Assembly (NCBI GenBank): GCA_964016885.1
Contig: OZ024740.1
Span: 52,700,001-52,764,000, forward strand
Direction: 5' to 3'
DNA: 64,000 nt
From: Eledone cirrhosa
Taxonomy: Eukaryota
The stretch's first letter is position 1. Each line of letters starts with the position of its first letter. The notes beneath the pieces were generated by a model, which did not search any database, was not told where the DNA came from, and worked only from the letters and a program-made list of their open reading frames with translations. Positions 1 to 14,174 of the stretch are shown one piece after another. A program made the position numbers and the translations under genes.

Positions 1-949
1 TTTAAATATTGGTAATTTTTTTCTAATAGATTCCTTGAGATAATACAATCCTGTAACACACTAAATTATAAAGATGCCTGCTGAAAATTATATAGCAGTG
101 TGGTTAATAAGTTTGCTTCTACCATAGTCCTGGATTTAAATTTGGTGTGTGTGTGTGTGTGTGTGTGGATGAAATCACCACCTATTTTGTATGTCTGTTT
201 TTCCATGCTAGCATGGTTTGGATATACCTCACAGCATCTCACCACTTCTCATGATCTTTCATCATCAGGCACACACAGTAATAGAAAACAAAATGACTAA
301 CTCTATTGTTTATGTCATTAAATTTGGTATGTTTTTACAGCTGGAGTCTGTTTACTAACCACCTTACATTTCAGAATAATTCATTTTTTTATTCCCTCTT
401 GCACTATTGGTTGTACTGACAAGTTTTAAAACTTCCCTTGACATTTTTTTGCCTCTATTTCTTCCTTCCTTTTTTGGTGTGGCTTTTCTAGATGGATGCC
501 CTTCCTATCACAAGCCAGTTTATGGCATGGACTATATATATCACCATCATTTAACATCCACTTTCCCTGCTAGCAAGGGTCAGGCAGGTCTATACAGACC
601 AAGTCAGTATTGAAGTGGGACTACTGACCTCCCAGACAGGCCGATGAGTCTGCATCCTACTTATGTATGGTCACATCAAGGGCAGAGGAGAGGTTATTGT
701 GTCTTTTGACACAAACTGAAGGATCCTCTCATCCCCTTATGTGTGTGTGTACTTGCCTCCATATCAATGTTATTTAAAGAAAATGTTGATATTTATCTTC
801 TGCATATAAAAAATGTTTCACAGCTTAACAGTTTGACAAAGATCAGCAGTACAAGCCATATTTAAACTTAATGTATGTATTGGTGTCAGGAAGGAATTCC
901 AAACATAGAAAATACACCCTCAGAATGTCTCATCCAACCCATGATAGCA

Positions 950-1610
950 TGGAGACAGAAAACAATTTGGATGAAGACAAGGAAGCTGAAAGAGACCTTA
1001 GCTAGTGACATATTCAGAGAAGTCTTATTTGATGTCTTACTTACAAACTGGAAGAAGAAATAGGGACTTATAACAGAAGAAAACTGGGAGTTTCTATGAA
1101 ACAACTTGCTGAAAGCTACAGACCAGATCTGTGGTTAGGGCAAGATCCCAGCAAGTTGGAAATTGACATGGTGGTCAAATAGATAAAGCCATTAAAGCTT
1201 AGAGACAGGCCTGGCTAGACTGGAAAAATAAGGGAAGCAGAAAGCTGTAACAGGCAGCTAGAAGAGAAACTAGATGTCAAGTATACTTAGCTAGGAGTAA
1301 AGCTGAAGGTAAAAAGATTGCACATGTTCTGCAGCATAAGGAACAGAAACATGAGGTATTCTTGATTGTAAGATGAGCTAGAAAAAAATCAGAGAGAAGT
1401 GCGTCTGGATAGATAGCAGCATACTTGCCATCCTTAACATTAAAAAGAAAATGACATGGAAATGCCTTTATGAGATATTATTAATTGAAGAAAATGCATA
1501 AGAGAGAGTAGAGAGAAGGCAAGTAGGCCCAATAGAGGGAACAGCCATTCAAGTTGACAGCAGTATTGTAGATAAAGCAATTATGGATGTGAAAGCAGGG
1601 AAGGTAGTAC
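950..1610 (+). mobile_element. old degraded RTE LINE fragment
   Basis: Frameshifted remnants matching the APE-RT linker of the younger RTEs here (EENWEFL, TWW, KWKC.YE.LLNEEN, PIEG.A). Confidence 0.75.
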
Positions 1611-2479
1611 AATCATATTGTACAGGCATATTATCAAGGCAGTACTGATTGTTCATGTCCAGATTGTTACACTGTAACACTGCAGCTGCTCTTCCAATTC
1701 TGCAGTTTATATCAGCTTCTACATTTCCATCACTACATGAGGTGAAACAACCAACTTCAATTTTAATTTTGAAAAGTGATAATTGAAAGTCTTGACCATT
1801 TTACACCTGGCCGAGTCCATCCATCTCCAGGCAGGATACAACTGATTCTTCTAGAGAAAGAAAAACATGAAGAATTGATTCCAGTACTGGATTGCCACTT
1901 TATTTATTAATCTTGAAGACACAGTTGACTTCGGCAAGATTTGAACTCAGTGCACATTGAGCTGGAACAAATACTGAGGCATTTTAAATCTGACACTCTA
2001 TCAAATCTCCATCTCACATGTCTCAGTGCTATGTAAAATATCAAGAAATTAGGTAGCTGATGATTGGAGAATATATCAAGTGAAAATAATTGTCGATTGT
2101 AAATATTGAATGTTTACATAGGCACAAGGCCTCAGAATAGTTGTTTGTATTGACCCCAGTATCTGACTCGTACTTTATTTTATTGGTCTCAGATAAATGG
2201 TAGGCAAAGTTGATCACTGCAGGATTTGAATTTTGAATAAAAAGAGAGTGAACAGATATCACAAGGCATTTTCAGTGGGTTAATATCAAAAGAGTTTTAA
2301 ATATCAATTAGATTTTCATGTAATCAGGTTCAATGACAAACACCTGTGGAGAACTGAATTATGGCTCACGCTGTAGAGCAAAAAGTAAGGTCCTTCCAAG
2401 TCAAGAATGTTATGCAGTGTTATCATTCATCCAAGGCCATTCTTCCTAATCTATGTTGATAATGTATCTCCTAAAATTG

Positions 2480-4268
2480 CCAGTAAAAAATGAAACTCAT
2501 ATGGAATGTTTTATTTTAAATATATATTTTGGATACTGAAAATTAATCTGAGAGGTGCATCCCTGTGAGGTGGAGAGAATATGTTACTGATCTAAACTTG
2601 GTCACTACATTATCTTCAGATGTACATGAGGTGCATCTGTGAGTGATGACTAAACTCTCAGAGGCTAAGGTTCATGAGAGCAATTAGAGTTCAAATGTGG
2701 CAAGGTTGCTGGAGAGGATGAAATTCAGCCCGAGATGGTAAAAGCCTTCAATAGAGAACATATTCTCTGGCTGACACATGGTCTGGATCTCCGGAAAGGC
2801 ACCTAAGCAATGGCAATCCAGGACTGGTAATCACAATTTTCAAAAAGGGAGACAAGAGATTCCTCCAATTATAGAGGGATCATCTTGTTAAACTTCTCTA
2901 GTAAAGTTTACGCTAAGTGTCTGGCAATGATATGTAGGAATATTGTCAAATCCAAGCTAGCTGATGTAGTGTGGTTTATGCTCAGGATACATCACAGCGA
3001 ACCAAATATTCATACTGCAGCACGTCTTTGGAAAATAATGGGAGAATTTCCTAGAGGTGTATGCTTGTTTTGTAGACTTGGAAAAGGCACATGATCACAT
3101 TCCATGGGACCTGTTGTGGAAGGTTCTGCAGGAGTGTAGGATCGATGGACTGCTTCTTGTTGCTCTGATGTCTCTATACCAGCGTTTCTCAACCTTTTTA
3201 CCCTTGTGGAACACTTGAAATAGTTTTCATATCTCAGGGAACCCCTGCATAAAAATGATATACCCTTATTACTAAAATATACATTAGCTTATTTATCAGT
3301 TTCTCACGGAACCCTAGGGTTCTGAGGAAACACAGGTTTAAAAACACTGCTCTATATGAATGCCCTAGTATTTATGTTTGGATAAATGGTGCTATGTGAA
3401 ACCATTCGATGTGGGTGTCAGACTCTACCAAGGGTACATACTGTCAATTCTCTTCATAATCTTAATGGACAGGATTGATAAGTGCAGCCAGGTGGGAAGT
3501 GGTATCAAGACTCATGGATGTAGTGTCAATCAGCTGGAATTTGCAAATGACATGGTATTACTTATCTTGTTAGGTGATCTCCAACATGCACTTGATAGGT
3601 TTGCTCCTGAGTACTGTATGGCAGGAATGAAAATCAGTTCTGCGAAGACTGAGACACTCATCCTCTCATGGAAGCCTTCACAATGCACTCTACATATGAG
3701 TGGAGATTCACTGAAGCAGGTAGAGAAGTTCAAGTATCTCGGGGCCCGTGTTCATGAGTGAAAGAAGGCAAGTAGTTGAATTAAGTTCAAGAATTGCAGG
3801 AGTTGGTGCATTAAGTTGGTGGTAGGGGTAAAAGCCAAACTTGCTATCGTTAATTCAGTATTTTTGCCCACCTTTACCTATGGTCATGAATACAAGTGAC
3901 TGAAATGGGGTTCCGCCGAAAGGTCTTTGGAATAATATTACTTGATAAAGAGATCAGAGAATCGCTCTAGGTACAGCCACTACTTCTCCGAATGGAGAGA
4001 TCACAGCTCCAATTCTACGGAGAGGTGGTTAGAATGTCTCAAGAAAGAATTGCTGGACAGAATTTATGGGCAAAACCAACCGGCATAATACCCAGGGGTA
4101 GAACCTGAGCAAGATGGCTGGATAACATCCATGAGCTCGGCTGGTTTCGCTTGGGTATCTTGTCGGATCAATTGGAGACGGTTGTTTCTGACAGGACCCG
4201 CTGGAAGGCGTGCTTGAGGATTCTGCTCCTACGACACTTTCCGGGAATAAATAGGCGAAGAAGAAAAA
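2480..4268 (+). mobile_element. degraded RTE (Expander/Rex3-like) LINE, 3' part
   Basis: RT remnants (FANDMVL, GMKISSAKTE, LKQVEKFKYLG); A/G-rich tail; same family as 52905-53502. Confidence 0.8.
3180..3349. mobile_element. hAT-type MITE nested in the RTE
   Basis: TIRs CAGCGTTTCTCAACC / GGTTTAAAAACACTG; 8-bp TSD CTCTATAC / CTCTATAT. Confidence 0.8.
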
Positions 4269-4999
4269 GAAAATTAAACAGTCTACCATTATCTTCTAAG
4301 GGAAACAATTTTACTTTGATTTTTATAGTTACTTCCCTTACTCGAACACTAGCTGGTTTTATTCAAGAATAGAAATTGTATTTAAATATTTAATTTTAAT
4401 CGCTTGTAAAATTTGTTTTTTGGAAACAAATGCTTATTCGTAACACATTTTGTAAACTGAGTTTATTTAATATAAATAAAATATGAGTTATTTAATAATT
4501 TAACAGGAGAACAGTAACTTTGTTAGGAGTTTAATAGGAGAACAGTAACTCTGAATAAAATTCAGCATGCTGGAATACTGGACACCATAAACTGAAGTAA
4601 CTGAATTAAAAAACAAAACAAAAAACAATTCTGTAAGCCATGTAAAAGGAACCTTGAATAAAATTGATACAGTGTACAGGAGATATTTCAGACATAACTC
4701 TTTAGTACTGGTTGTATATAAGATATACTTAATCCATATTGTAAAATTGTTTGGTTATAGGAAGAGAGTCCAGATGTAAAAAAAAAAAAACAGCAATGCC
4801 AAGAACATGAATGTTAAATCAATGAAGAACCCAAATTGCACAGAGATAACAGTTAACATAGAATAACAGTTAACATAGAATTGCACATGATAGAGAATGG
4901 CGGTGGGCATATAGAATTCTCTTTCAGATGCAGAAAACAAACATCAAACAATCAACCTTGTACTGGAAACTTACCTTTTCGAATTAGGTGCAAAACTCA

Positions 5000-7320
5000 G
5001 GGTTTTCATCATCAAAGTTGGCACAATGAAAAGTTGGTAAGAAAAAATGGTAGAGTTGCTAGAGGAGAGGCGTGTAGATATGTACTGTATTCAAGAGTTA
5101 AAATCGAGGGATGTCTTAGTCAGACGTCCCATGGTACAAATTCTTCTGGGTGAGGAGCGGTGCTGGAATTGGTGGAGTAAGCATACTCTTAGCAGAGAAA
5201 TGGATTGAGTTAGTTTCAGTATATGACAGAATAATTAAGTTTAGACAAGAAATAGATAACATGACAACAACAATGATCTCTGCATGTGCACTATCAGGAG
5301 TGACAGATGACTTAACTATTTGCAATACTAACTTTTGGAAACTGACAAGCCTCGTGATTATCCAGACAAACAAATAAGTCAGATAAGTTTCATACTCACT
5401 AGGAAAGACAGATAGTTGTGAGTATTAAGTCTTTTACAATTGAAGAATGTATGACTCAATAAAAACTAGTGCTTAGTGTCATCAGATTAAGAGCTGTATA
5501 GAACCAGAGACACTGGAGAGATAAGTTTTGGAAGCTGAAAAATCCTTCATGTAATTGAAGGAAGAGATATAGATCTATAACATAGAAGACAACTGGGAGT
5601 TTCTACATTACAATTTGCTGTGAGCCATTGACCAGATCTGTGGATAGAGTAAAGTTTCAGCCAGGCAGAAAATGACATGGTATGGTAGATATAGCTATAA
5701 AAGCTAAGAGATTGGCATGGAAAGAATGGAAGAAAAGAGGGTTGTGGTGCAAAGAACAATATCAGTTAGCTAAAAGGGGAACTAGACTTCAGTTATACTT
5801 TCAAAGAAGAGAAGCTAAAAGTAAAAGGTTCACCAATGTGAGGGTCAGAGAGAAGTATGAGGTGTTTCAGACAGTAAATCATTGGGTTAGCATGAAACGG
5901 GATGTTGTTGAAAAGCATGTATGTAACAATAATGGTGCACTCACCCTTACTGATGAGAAGAAGCATGGAAAAGCTACAGAAAGAGATTGCTGAATGTGTG
6001 TGTGAGTGAGAGAGAAAGCACGAGGAACCAGTTATATGGTTGAAATAGCCAATAAAGATATAAATGAAGCAAAGTCAGATCATCGGTGACTTTTACCAAG
6101 ATGCTGAACATATCTAATAAAGCAGGATATACATTAGTCATTTACGTAGTCAGTCAAGTAGTTCAGGGAGGATCATCCCAAATGACTGATAAAACAGTAC
6201 CATGATTAACTGCTACAAAGGCAAAGGAGTTGCTCTAAAAAGAAGCAATAACTGAGGGATCCAATTTTGAAAGTAACAAAGAATTATAGTATAACTAATT
6301 AGGGAGAGAATTAGTTTAGATGAGACATGGTTCAGGTTTGTGTTAGGACAGAATATGATTGACATCCTTTCTCTAGTGGACAACTACAAGAAAGGTTCTT
6401 AGTAATAAGCAATCTACTTTATCTAGCATTCATTGGTTTGGAGAAGGTCTTTGGTAGAGTACATGATCTGTAGCCTGGTGGTAACTTAAGAAAACTAGAT
6501 GCAGATAAATGTGAAAAGCATACAACTTGTTCTTATAGATGGATTGTTGAGGAATTAAAGAAGAAATTCTAAATGTGACAGTAAAATATAGAACTGAGAG
6601 ACTTCAAAGTGAATCAAATAAGTCTTAGCAGGAAAGAAGGCAGGGATAAATTTCCATCAGGGAGGTGGCTATGTGTATTGTGTATTCAATCTAATTTTTT
6701 GCATTGTGTATTCAATCTAAACTATGAGTGCACAAGAAATGCACTGAGATCTCATTAGCTGACAGAGGAGGACTTTATTTATAGGACTAATTATCAGCAA
6801 GAGCACCCATGAAATAAATCTTTCATATTGTTGGATGGTTTCCTAGAGAAAGTTGACTGCTTCAGTTATCTAGGTAACTTAATCAACAGTAAAGGAGGAT
6901 GTCCTGAAAGCATAGTAGCTAGAGTAAAAACAAGGTAGAAAACGTTTAGCTCTGCTGGTAATAAAGGGATTCTTGTTATCTCTTAATCGAAGGTAGATTG
7001 CATGATACTTACATATGAAATGCAATGTTGCATGGTAGCAAAAATGAACATTGAATGCAAAGTAGTACAAAGGCTGGAAAGAAATGAGGCAAGCATGCCC
7101 CATTGGCTGTTTAATGTTAGTGTGCATGAAGAATGGAGTAAATATGAGCTGAGAGAAAAACTGGGTATCAGAGGAATGTGCAAGAATAAAGACTTAGCTG
7201 GTATGGACATAGAATACACAAGGTGAGTAACAATTGTATAAAAATGTGAGAAGCAATCCAAATGGAAAGAACCTGTGTCAAAGAGAATGAAGACATGGGA
7301 AGTATTGGTAAAAGCTTATT
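5000..7320 (+). mobile_element. old, heavily mutated RTE LINE
   Basis: APE remnants (GVSILLAEKW, DRIIK, LTICNTNF), RT and C-terminal remnants (RLERNEASM..W), including a decayed Cys/His segment. Confidence 0.8.
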
Positions 7321-7486
7321 TTGGAGATTTGTTGAGAAATGGTAATGTTGTTTCTAGATAGATAAACTTTCATGTTATATATATAACACCATCATCACCA
7401 TCATTTTACATCTGTTTTCTCTGTAGGATGCTCTGAAACTGGATAGATCAAATGATCACACCCTGCTTATACATTTCATTATATAA

Positions 7487-8943
7487 GGTGTAGATGAATG
7501 GCTTGTGAGAGCTATACAAGCCATGTATAAAGAAACAGTCAGCAAGGTTAGAATTAACAATGAATATAATGAAGAATTTAGGGTAAAAGTTGGTGTTCAT
7601 CAAGGCTCTGTCCTTAGCCCCCTCCTGTTTATTATTGCCCTTCAGGCTATAACAGAGGAGTTTAAGACTGTCTGCCCATTGGAACTTCTATACACAGATG
7701 ATCTAACTCTCATAGCTGAATCTATGGCTGAACTAGAAAGAAATTCCAAACATGGAAGCTTGGCCTAGAATCAAATGGCCTTAAAGTTAACTTGTCTAAG
7801 ACTAAAGTTCTAATATGCAGAAAGGAGTAGGTAGAAATTCCATTTTATGTCCCAAATGCAAACTATGGATACATAAAAGATGTAATGGGATCACAGACAA
7901 GCTATCTAAGAACGTAGATTTTATATGTGGCCGATGCTCAAGTGCAATAAGTAGCAGGTGCCCACAGGATACTAGCTCCTTCTACTGCACAGATGGTTCT
8001 ATAGAAATAGTGAACACTTTCCATTACCTGGGTGACAAAATCAGCAGTGGTGGAGGGTGCTCTGAAAGTACAGTAGCTGGAGTTAGAACGGGATGGAAAA
8101 AGTTCAGAGAGCTTATACCGATGTTGGCCACAAAAGGTTTCTCTCTGAAAATGAAAGGCAGATTGTATGATGCTTGTATATGAACAGCAATGTTACATGG
8201 CAGTGAGACATGGGCATTGTGTGCAGACTGGAAAGGAATGAAGCTTGCATGCTCCGTTGGATGTGTAATAGTAATATACACGAACGGCTAAACATAAACG
8301 AACTAAGTGAGAAATTAGGAATAAGAGGGATCAGATGCTGTTTACTTGAGAGAAGATTATGTTGGTATGGTCACGTGATGTGCATAAAAGACGACAGCTG
8401 TATAAAAAATTGCAGGGCCATCAAAATTGATGGAAGTTACGGAGTAGGTAGACCCAGAAAAACCTGGGACTTGATAAATTCCGACTTTGCACCTCTCTAA
8501 GACAATCACTGGATCGAGGTCTTTGGCACCACACAGTAATACAGAAGACCCGTGTTCCCTACATTCAAAGTTAACCTACAGTCAGTAGGCCGCTCCAAAC
8601 CCACTACCTCTACTTCACCCTTCCACTCCCGCCAACACCACCCTTTCTCTATAAAATTATGTTGGTACCACAACATCCAGTTCAAACTAATGAGGTCGTG
8701 TAGGTGTCACAACAAAAAAAAAAGGAAAAAACAAACAAACAAAAAAAAAAACAGTCCACGCTGTAATGTGGTTGTGTAGGTAACACGGTAAAAAGCTCCC
8801 AGTCCACACTGTAAATGTGGTTGGTGTTAGGAAGGGCATCCAACCGTAGAAAACCTGCCAGATAGTCCTATACGAGCGAGACAATTCCCGTCTAACCCAT
8901 GCTAGCGTGGAATATAGACATTAAACAATGATGATGATGATGA
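7487..8943 (+). mobile_element. 5'-truncated RTE LINE (family B, PHD-in-RT)
   Basis: GVHQGSVLSPLLF, YTDD, CPKCKLWIHKRC; 3' UTR with AAGGGCATCC motif and (TGA)n tail. Confidence 0.9.
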
Positions 8944-9308
8944 AAGCTTGCCAAAAAAAAAAAAGGGTTGGGAGGACCCTCCAGTTGTGTTAAAGACATG
9001 ACTATCTTTCTAGTGCTGGTGTTACAATAAAATGTACTTCGTAAAATGTGGAACCATATCTGAGAGAGATGCAAAGCCCTGGCCTGTCTGGGTGGTCAGT
9101 AACCCTGCTTCAGTACTGACTCGGTCTATGAAAACCCATTCAACCTAACAGGGAAAGTGGACATTAAATAATGATGATGATGACTGCATTATCCAATGTG
9201 TCCTGCTTTTATTAAGGATGTAGGTGTATTAAGTAGAAATTATGTGGGCTGGTACAGTGAAGATACTAAAAATGAAAAAGTAGAAACAAATTGTAAATAT
9301 GAAAATTA

Positions 9309-9314
9309 TTTATT
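9309..9314 (-). terminator. candidate polyadenylation signal AATAAA of mrpl15
   Basis: AATAAA on the minus strand about 75 nt after the stop codon. Confidence 0.5.
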
Positions 9315-9387
9315 GATTAAACATAAAAACTCAAACTCTTGCATACTACCAAAATACAGCACCCGACTATGATATTGATTAAGTAGA

Positions 9388-9846
9388 TTAAGATTGGTAA
9401 TATTTTTCATAATCTGGATCTGTAGCTTTATATATTGCTTTCTCTTTCAGGTTAACAATCCAACCTGGTTGCAAGTTGAAGAAAACTTGGCGGGGATCTT
9501 TGCTTTCTAACATTAACTTTTTGGTAGATTCATCAACTTCTGGTATTGTATAACCATATTTCTGTGCAAGTTCTATTCGTGCTTCTCGCACAAGATCAGG
9601 ATTGGCAAGATAGCCACGGTTTTTGGGATTGGTATAGTATTCTACACAATCTTGTGTTGGTAAATGGCATCGTGGGATAGGTTTCCCTAACTGGAAATGT
9701 TTTTTTACATCAGCCAATGCTGTTAGTGACATTGGGTCAAAATAGCGAGTTGTTATTCTGCCACCATTTCTTTCAATTGCAGCAATAGTCAGTTCACTAG
9801 CCCACTGGACTTCTATGTTGATACAGCCCTCGAAACTATCAGCTCC
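9388..9846 (-). CDS. MRPL15: MRPL15 coding exon 4 (terminal)
   Basis: GADSFEGCINIEVQWASELTIAAIERNGGRITTRYFDP...YYTNPKNRGYLA...ARIELAQKYGY; pyrimidine tract plus AG; TAA stop; spliced CDS 879 nt = 292 aa. Confidence 0.95.
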   Translation of the reverse strand, partial: GADSFEGCINIEVQWASELTIAAIERNGGRITTRYFDPMSLTALADVKKHFQLGKPIPRCHLPTQDCVEYYTNPKNRGYLANPDLVREARIELAQKYGYTIPEVDESTKKLMLESKDPRQVFFNLQPGWIVNLKEKAIYKATDPDYEKYYQS

Positions 9847-11320
9847 CTGTCAATGAGAGAGAGAAGAAAAATGGGGTTTCAGGAATACTGAAAATAGATT
9901 ATATGAGGTATGAATAAGTATATAGACATGAATAGGGAGATGAGCTTAGTATTATCTCTGTAGGATATACAGCATTTATTCACAAGAAACATTAGAATTG
10001 ACAATGTTATGCCTCAGAGATATTGGCCATTATATACAAGAGAGATGATTGTTTTAGCATTCTTTTATTCATTTACTGGTATCAGTTATTAAGATGTTGC
10101 CATACTGTTTTTTTTGTTGATTATATTGACTCCAGTTCTTATTTTGGTTTGGTACTTATTTTATCAATAACATCAGTTCTATATAAACATAAAGACACAT
10201 ATACATACATATATGATGGGAACAGTTTCTGTCTACCAAATTTCATTCACAGGACACTGATCAATCTGAGATTATAGAAAAGGGTACTTGCCCAAAGAGC
10301 CATGCAAGCATGACCAAACCCTAAATCTTGTGGTAATATGAAAGTTTTTAACTGTATGGTTATGCCTGCTTCTAATATGGACATAAAATACAACTAAATA
10401 GTACATGCTAAGTGAAACTGTGTCATGAGTTCATGCTGGAAGATAGAAATCAGAAAATGTAAGGCTTTAACAGATATGACATGATTGAAGATTCATAATG
10501 CTGTATTTTACACCCATCCCTACTACAGTTGTAGGTAAAAAATAGATACTATTATGAATGATATGATAATAAAGATATAATGAATTCTATAATTATTTAT
10601 ACACATTTCATTGAAGACAAAAAGGTTAGTTTGAGCAGCACTACATAAGCTCAACTACAATATTTTAAACATTTTGTAAACATGAGACAATACGGATGCC
10701 TTTCTATGCTTGCTCTATTTGACTTGTTACAAAAAGCAGCCAAATCACCCTCAAATCATACACACTACTGTCTTTAAAAAAAGAGATGGAAACATTGGAT
10801 AGAGTTGTCTTAGATAGGGTTAAAAAAAGAAAACAAAAGAGTTAATCAGTTTGAATGCTTTGGATCATATATCTGCTTGATCAAAGCAGATCTTGAGCTT
10901 TGTTAAATTGTTGGACGAAAATTATTTGTAAGCTCAAAGGATAGACCACACCTGTAATTCGAAAAAACAGCCTTGTCATACAATGTGGCATGGCTGAAGT
11001 TCCCTGAGAATTACATTAAGGGTGCAGAATGCTCAGCCACTTACATGATAATTTTATGAGCAGGCTATTCCATTAATTGAACACTCTGGAACACTTATTG
11101 TCAAAAGTCCATTGTGTTCAAATCCTACCATGGTCAACTTTGTCTTTCACCCAGTGGATTGATAAAATAAAATAAGTCCAGTAATAGGGGTTGATTTAAT
11201 ACAGCTATACTTCCTATAAAGTACCCTTGATCTTAATTGAATTCTAACAGAACATGAAGGAGAATAACAACTTGTAAACAACATTAAGAAATTAAAAACT
11301 AGAGTTATAAATCTACTTAC

Positions 11321-11483
11321 TTCTTCTGTAAGCCAAATTCCATGATCTTGCACAGGGTTTATAGTGAAAAGCTTTGTATTTGTGATACTGGCAATGTCAA
11401 TAGGTGAGTGTTTATCAATACGACCAAGATCTAACATTCTTTGCAAAGATCGCATATTTAAAGGATTGTAGCTTTTACGCAGG
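11321..11483 (-). CDS. MRPL15: MRPL15 coding exon 3
   Basis: LRKSYNPLNMRSLQRMLDLGRIDKHSPIDIASITNTKLFTINPVQDHGIWLTEE; TTTTCGCAG acceptor, GTAAGT donor, 163 nt, phases fit both neighbours. Confidence 0.95.
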
Positions 11484-12179
11484 CTGCGAAAAAACAAAAC
11501 AAAACAAAAAATAAACATGCAAAATAAAATTACTGAGACATTATAGTAAGACAATATGATAATGAAATTATTTGTAGAGGGTGTTATAGCTGGTCAGATG
11601 AACCTTTTTTGCAACAAGGTTTTTAAGGCAGTGAATTGGCAGAGTCATTAGTTTCTTAGTATTTGTTCTGTCTCTGTGCTCTGAGTTCAACTTTGCCTTT
11701 TATCCTTTTGGATGACAGAATGAGGAGTGATCTCAGGATAGTTGGTAGGAAAGTATTTCTAGTTTGCTAACAAACTTCTGGCTGAAAAGTCAATAATCTA
11801 TATCCTGTTATAGACTAGTCTATAATATCTTCAACAGCTTTGGTTCACTTATATAAGTTACACGAGGAAGTATGTAAATACAGGCACAACACTAATTTTC
11901 CAGTAATTGATGGTTCAGTATTTCATATTCAGTAAATAAAGTAGGTTAATAGACTGAAACTCTGTCTCTGTTAATTACCTGACAATATCTTTAGTGTTGA
12001 TGCCATGATAAAATGCACCCTGTATATTATGTAAAGTCATTGGTGATTGAACAAAAACAGTATAGAGTTGGAAATGCTACTCATAATAGACAGGCATCCT
12101 ATTCTCTTAAAGATGTATCCTTCAGCAGGTTAATTATCTATTCTAATTCGATTTCAATCATGCATTTTGTAAATAGTAA

Positions 12180-12548
12180 TCATCATCATCATCATCGTTT
12201 AACGTCCATATTCCACGCTCGCATGGGTTTGGACAGGAGTTTTCCCACTTGAGGCAAGAGTGGTTGTCTTGCTCGCATAGGACTGTCTTGGCGGGTTTTC
12301 TACGGCTGGATGCCCTTCCTAACACCAACCACATTTACAGTGTGGAACTGGGAGATTTTTACCGTGTTACCTACACGGCCACATTACAGCATGGACTGTG
12401 TGTTTTTTTGTTGTGACACCTACACAACCTCATTTGTTTCGAGCTGGATGTTGTGGTACCAACATAACTTTACATTGAAAGGGGTGGTGTGGATGGGGTG
12501 GGGGTAGTGGGACGGGGGTGTATTTTGTTAGAGGTGCCTACTGACTGT
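12180..12548 (-). mobile_element. RTE family B 3' UTR fragment in mrpl15 intron 2
   Basis: Near-identical to the 3' UTRs at 15846, 22512 and 33350; (GAT)n tail. Confidence 0.85.
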
Positions 12549-12724
12549 AATATTGTTGGTTTTAAGTTTTCAAATGAACTAATCTCTGCAATTCTGATGT
12601 TGAGAATAATAAGAGACTGTCTGTGTAACTTGGATGGAATAAATTACACCGAACTTTATAAATATGTATGAAGCTTTGAAAATATTTAAAATTATAGATA
12701 AGGGCTTCACTATGAATAAGGCTT

Positions 12725-13182
12725 AGTGCGACCAACTGGCCTGACCTCCCTCATAATGGGACTAGCCAGATCTCAAAATACAGTAACAGTCCCAATGTGC
12801 AAGGTATGGCACAGCCATCTGGCCAGACTTGGCTTATAACAGGACCACCCCATAACATAGCTCCACTAAGTGTAAGGCTTGGTGTGGCCATCTGGTCTGA
12901 CCTCCCTCATAGTGGGACCACTCGGCTCCAAAATTATGGTACCACTGTGAGCAGAATACAATGTGGTCAACTGGCCTGTCCCTCCTCATAACAGTGCCAT
13001 CCAGTTCCATGCTATAAACATGGTTGGTGTTAGGAAGGGAATCCAGCTATAAATATCCCAACCAAATTTACAGTTCCGTCTGAGCAAGGTATGGCATGGC
13101 CAACTGGTCAGACTTGTCTCATGACGTGGGTGACATGTCTAACCCATGAAAGCAAGGAAAATGGACGTTGAATGATGATGAT
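12725..13182 (+). repeat. internally repetitive element (~85-bp units) ending in an RTE-type 3' tail (RTE-mobilised SINE-like)
   Basis: GGCCAACTGGCCTGACCTCCCTCATA-like unit recurs 3-4 times; ends AACCCATG...GGACGTT(GAT)n like the RTE tails. Confidence 0.55.
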
Positions 13183-13240
13183 CCAAGTAGTAATGGATTT
13201 TACAAAATAGGGTACAATAGCAGTGAAATATATAACTTAC

Positions 13241-13395
13241 TGCCAGCCTTTATAAAAGGGTTCTTTTGGAATCATTAAATAAAAAGGTGTATTTCCTCCT
13301 TCAAAACCAAGTCTAGGAAGATTTCCATGTTTCCTTTGACCTGTGTCACTCCGACCAGAATTTCCCCCACGACAGTTTCCACGTTTCTTCAGCTC
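13241..13395 (-). CDS. MRPL15: MRPL15 coding exon 2
   Basis: Translates ELKKRGNCRGGNSGRSDTGQRKHGNLPRLGFEGGNTPFYLMIPKEPFYKGW, with the uL15 signature RLGFEGG.TPFY..IPK; AG acceptor, GTAAGT donor, 155 nt. Confidence 0.95.
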
Positions 13396-13499
13396 CTGTT
13401 ACAATAATAAAAAAAGATATTTTAAAAAGACAACAAAAAACAAACAAACTAAAAACCCAGCTATTCCCTCTATGGAAAGTTATCTACACATTATGTAAG

Positions 13500-13683
13500 G
13501 GTGGTGGCTTGGCAGTATCGGTAGAGGGTCGGACGCCATGCTTTCCAGCATAGTTACGTCCCTTTGCGGTCTGAGTTCAAATCCCACCGAGGTTAACTTT
13601 GCCTTTCATCCTTACGGGGTCGATAAAATAAAGTACCAGTAATGCACTGGGTAATTGATGGCCTTGTGCCAAAAGTAGAAACA
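13500..13683 (+). mobile_element. tRNA-derived SINE with target-site duplication
   Basis: Box-B-like GAGTTCAAATCC; body GCCTTTCATCCTTACGGGGTCGATAAAATAAAGTACCAG; 10-bp TSD ATTATGTAAG. Related copies near 1880, 2100, 11120, 11620, 13720, 48115, 48385, 52370, 58131, 63025, 63836. Confidence 0.85.
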
Positions 13684-13995
13684 ATTATGTAAGAAGTGCA
13701 TAAATGAAATATATCAAATTGGAGAAGCATTAGAGCGTTGGATAAAATGTTTTAAAGTATTTAATCTAGTTACTTGTGTTGAGTTCAAACCCTGCAGAGA
13801 TCAATTTTGCAATCATTCTTCTGGGGTTGATAAATAAAGTACCAGCCAGGTATTGGGATTAATTATTCTTCTCTTTGGGAATCGGCTACATAGCACGATG
13901 AGAAGGATCGTGATGATCATCCACAACATTCATTTCTTTAGAAATAGGACAAGGTTGAGCAAAGGGACTAGTAACCACATAGAAAAAGAAAGCTG

Positions 13996-14174
13996 GGCAC
14001 TACAACGCTATTAGCTGTCAGTCGAAAGCAGCCGATGAAAGCAAAACATCGTTTATTTCCGTATTACTACCACGCGTAAGTGGAGTTACTTGGTGGTAGT
14101 AATACGGAAATAAACGATGACGAATGACGTCACCTTCGCTTGCTTTCATCGGCTGCTTTCACGACTGACAGCTA
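13996..14174. mobile_element. MITE-like fold-back (GGCACTACAACGCTA-ended family), internally deleted
   Basis: Hairpin structure; shares TIR and subterminal sequence with 40105-40477. Confidence 0.65.
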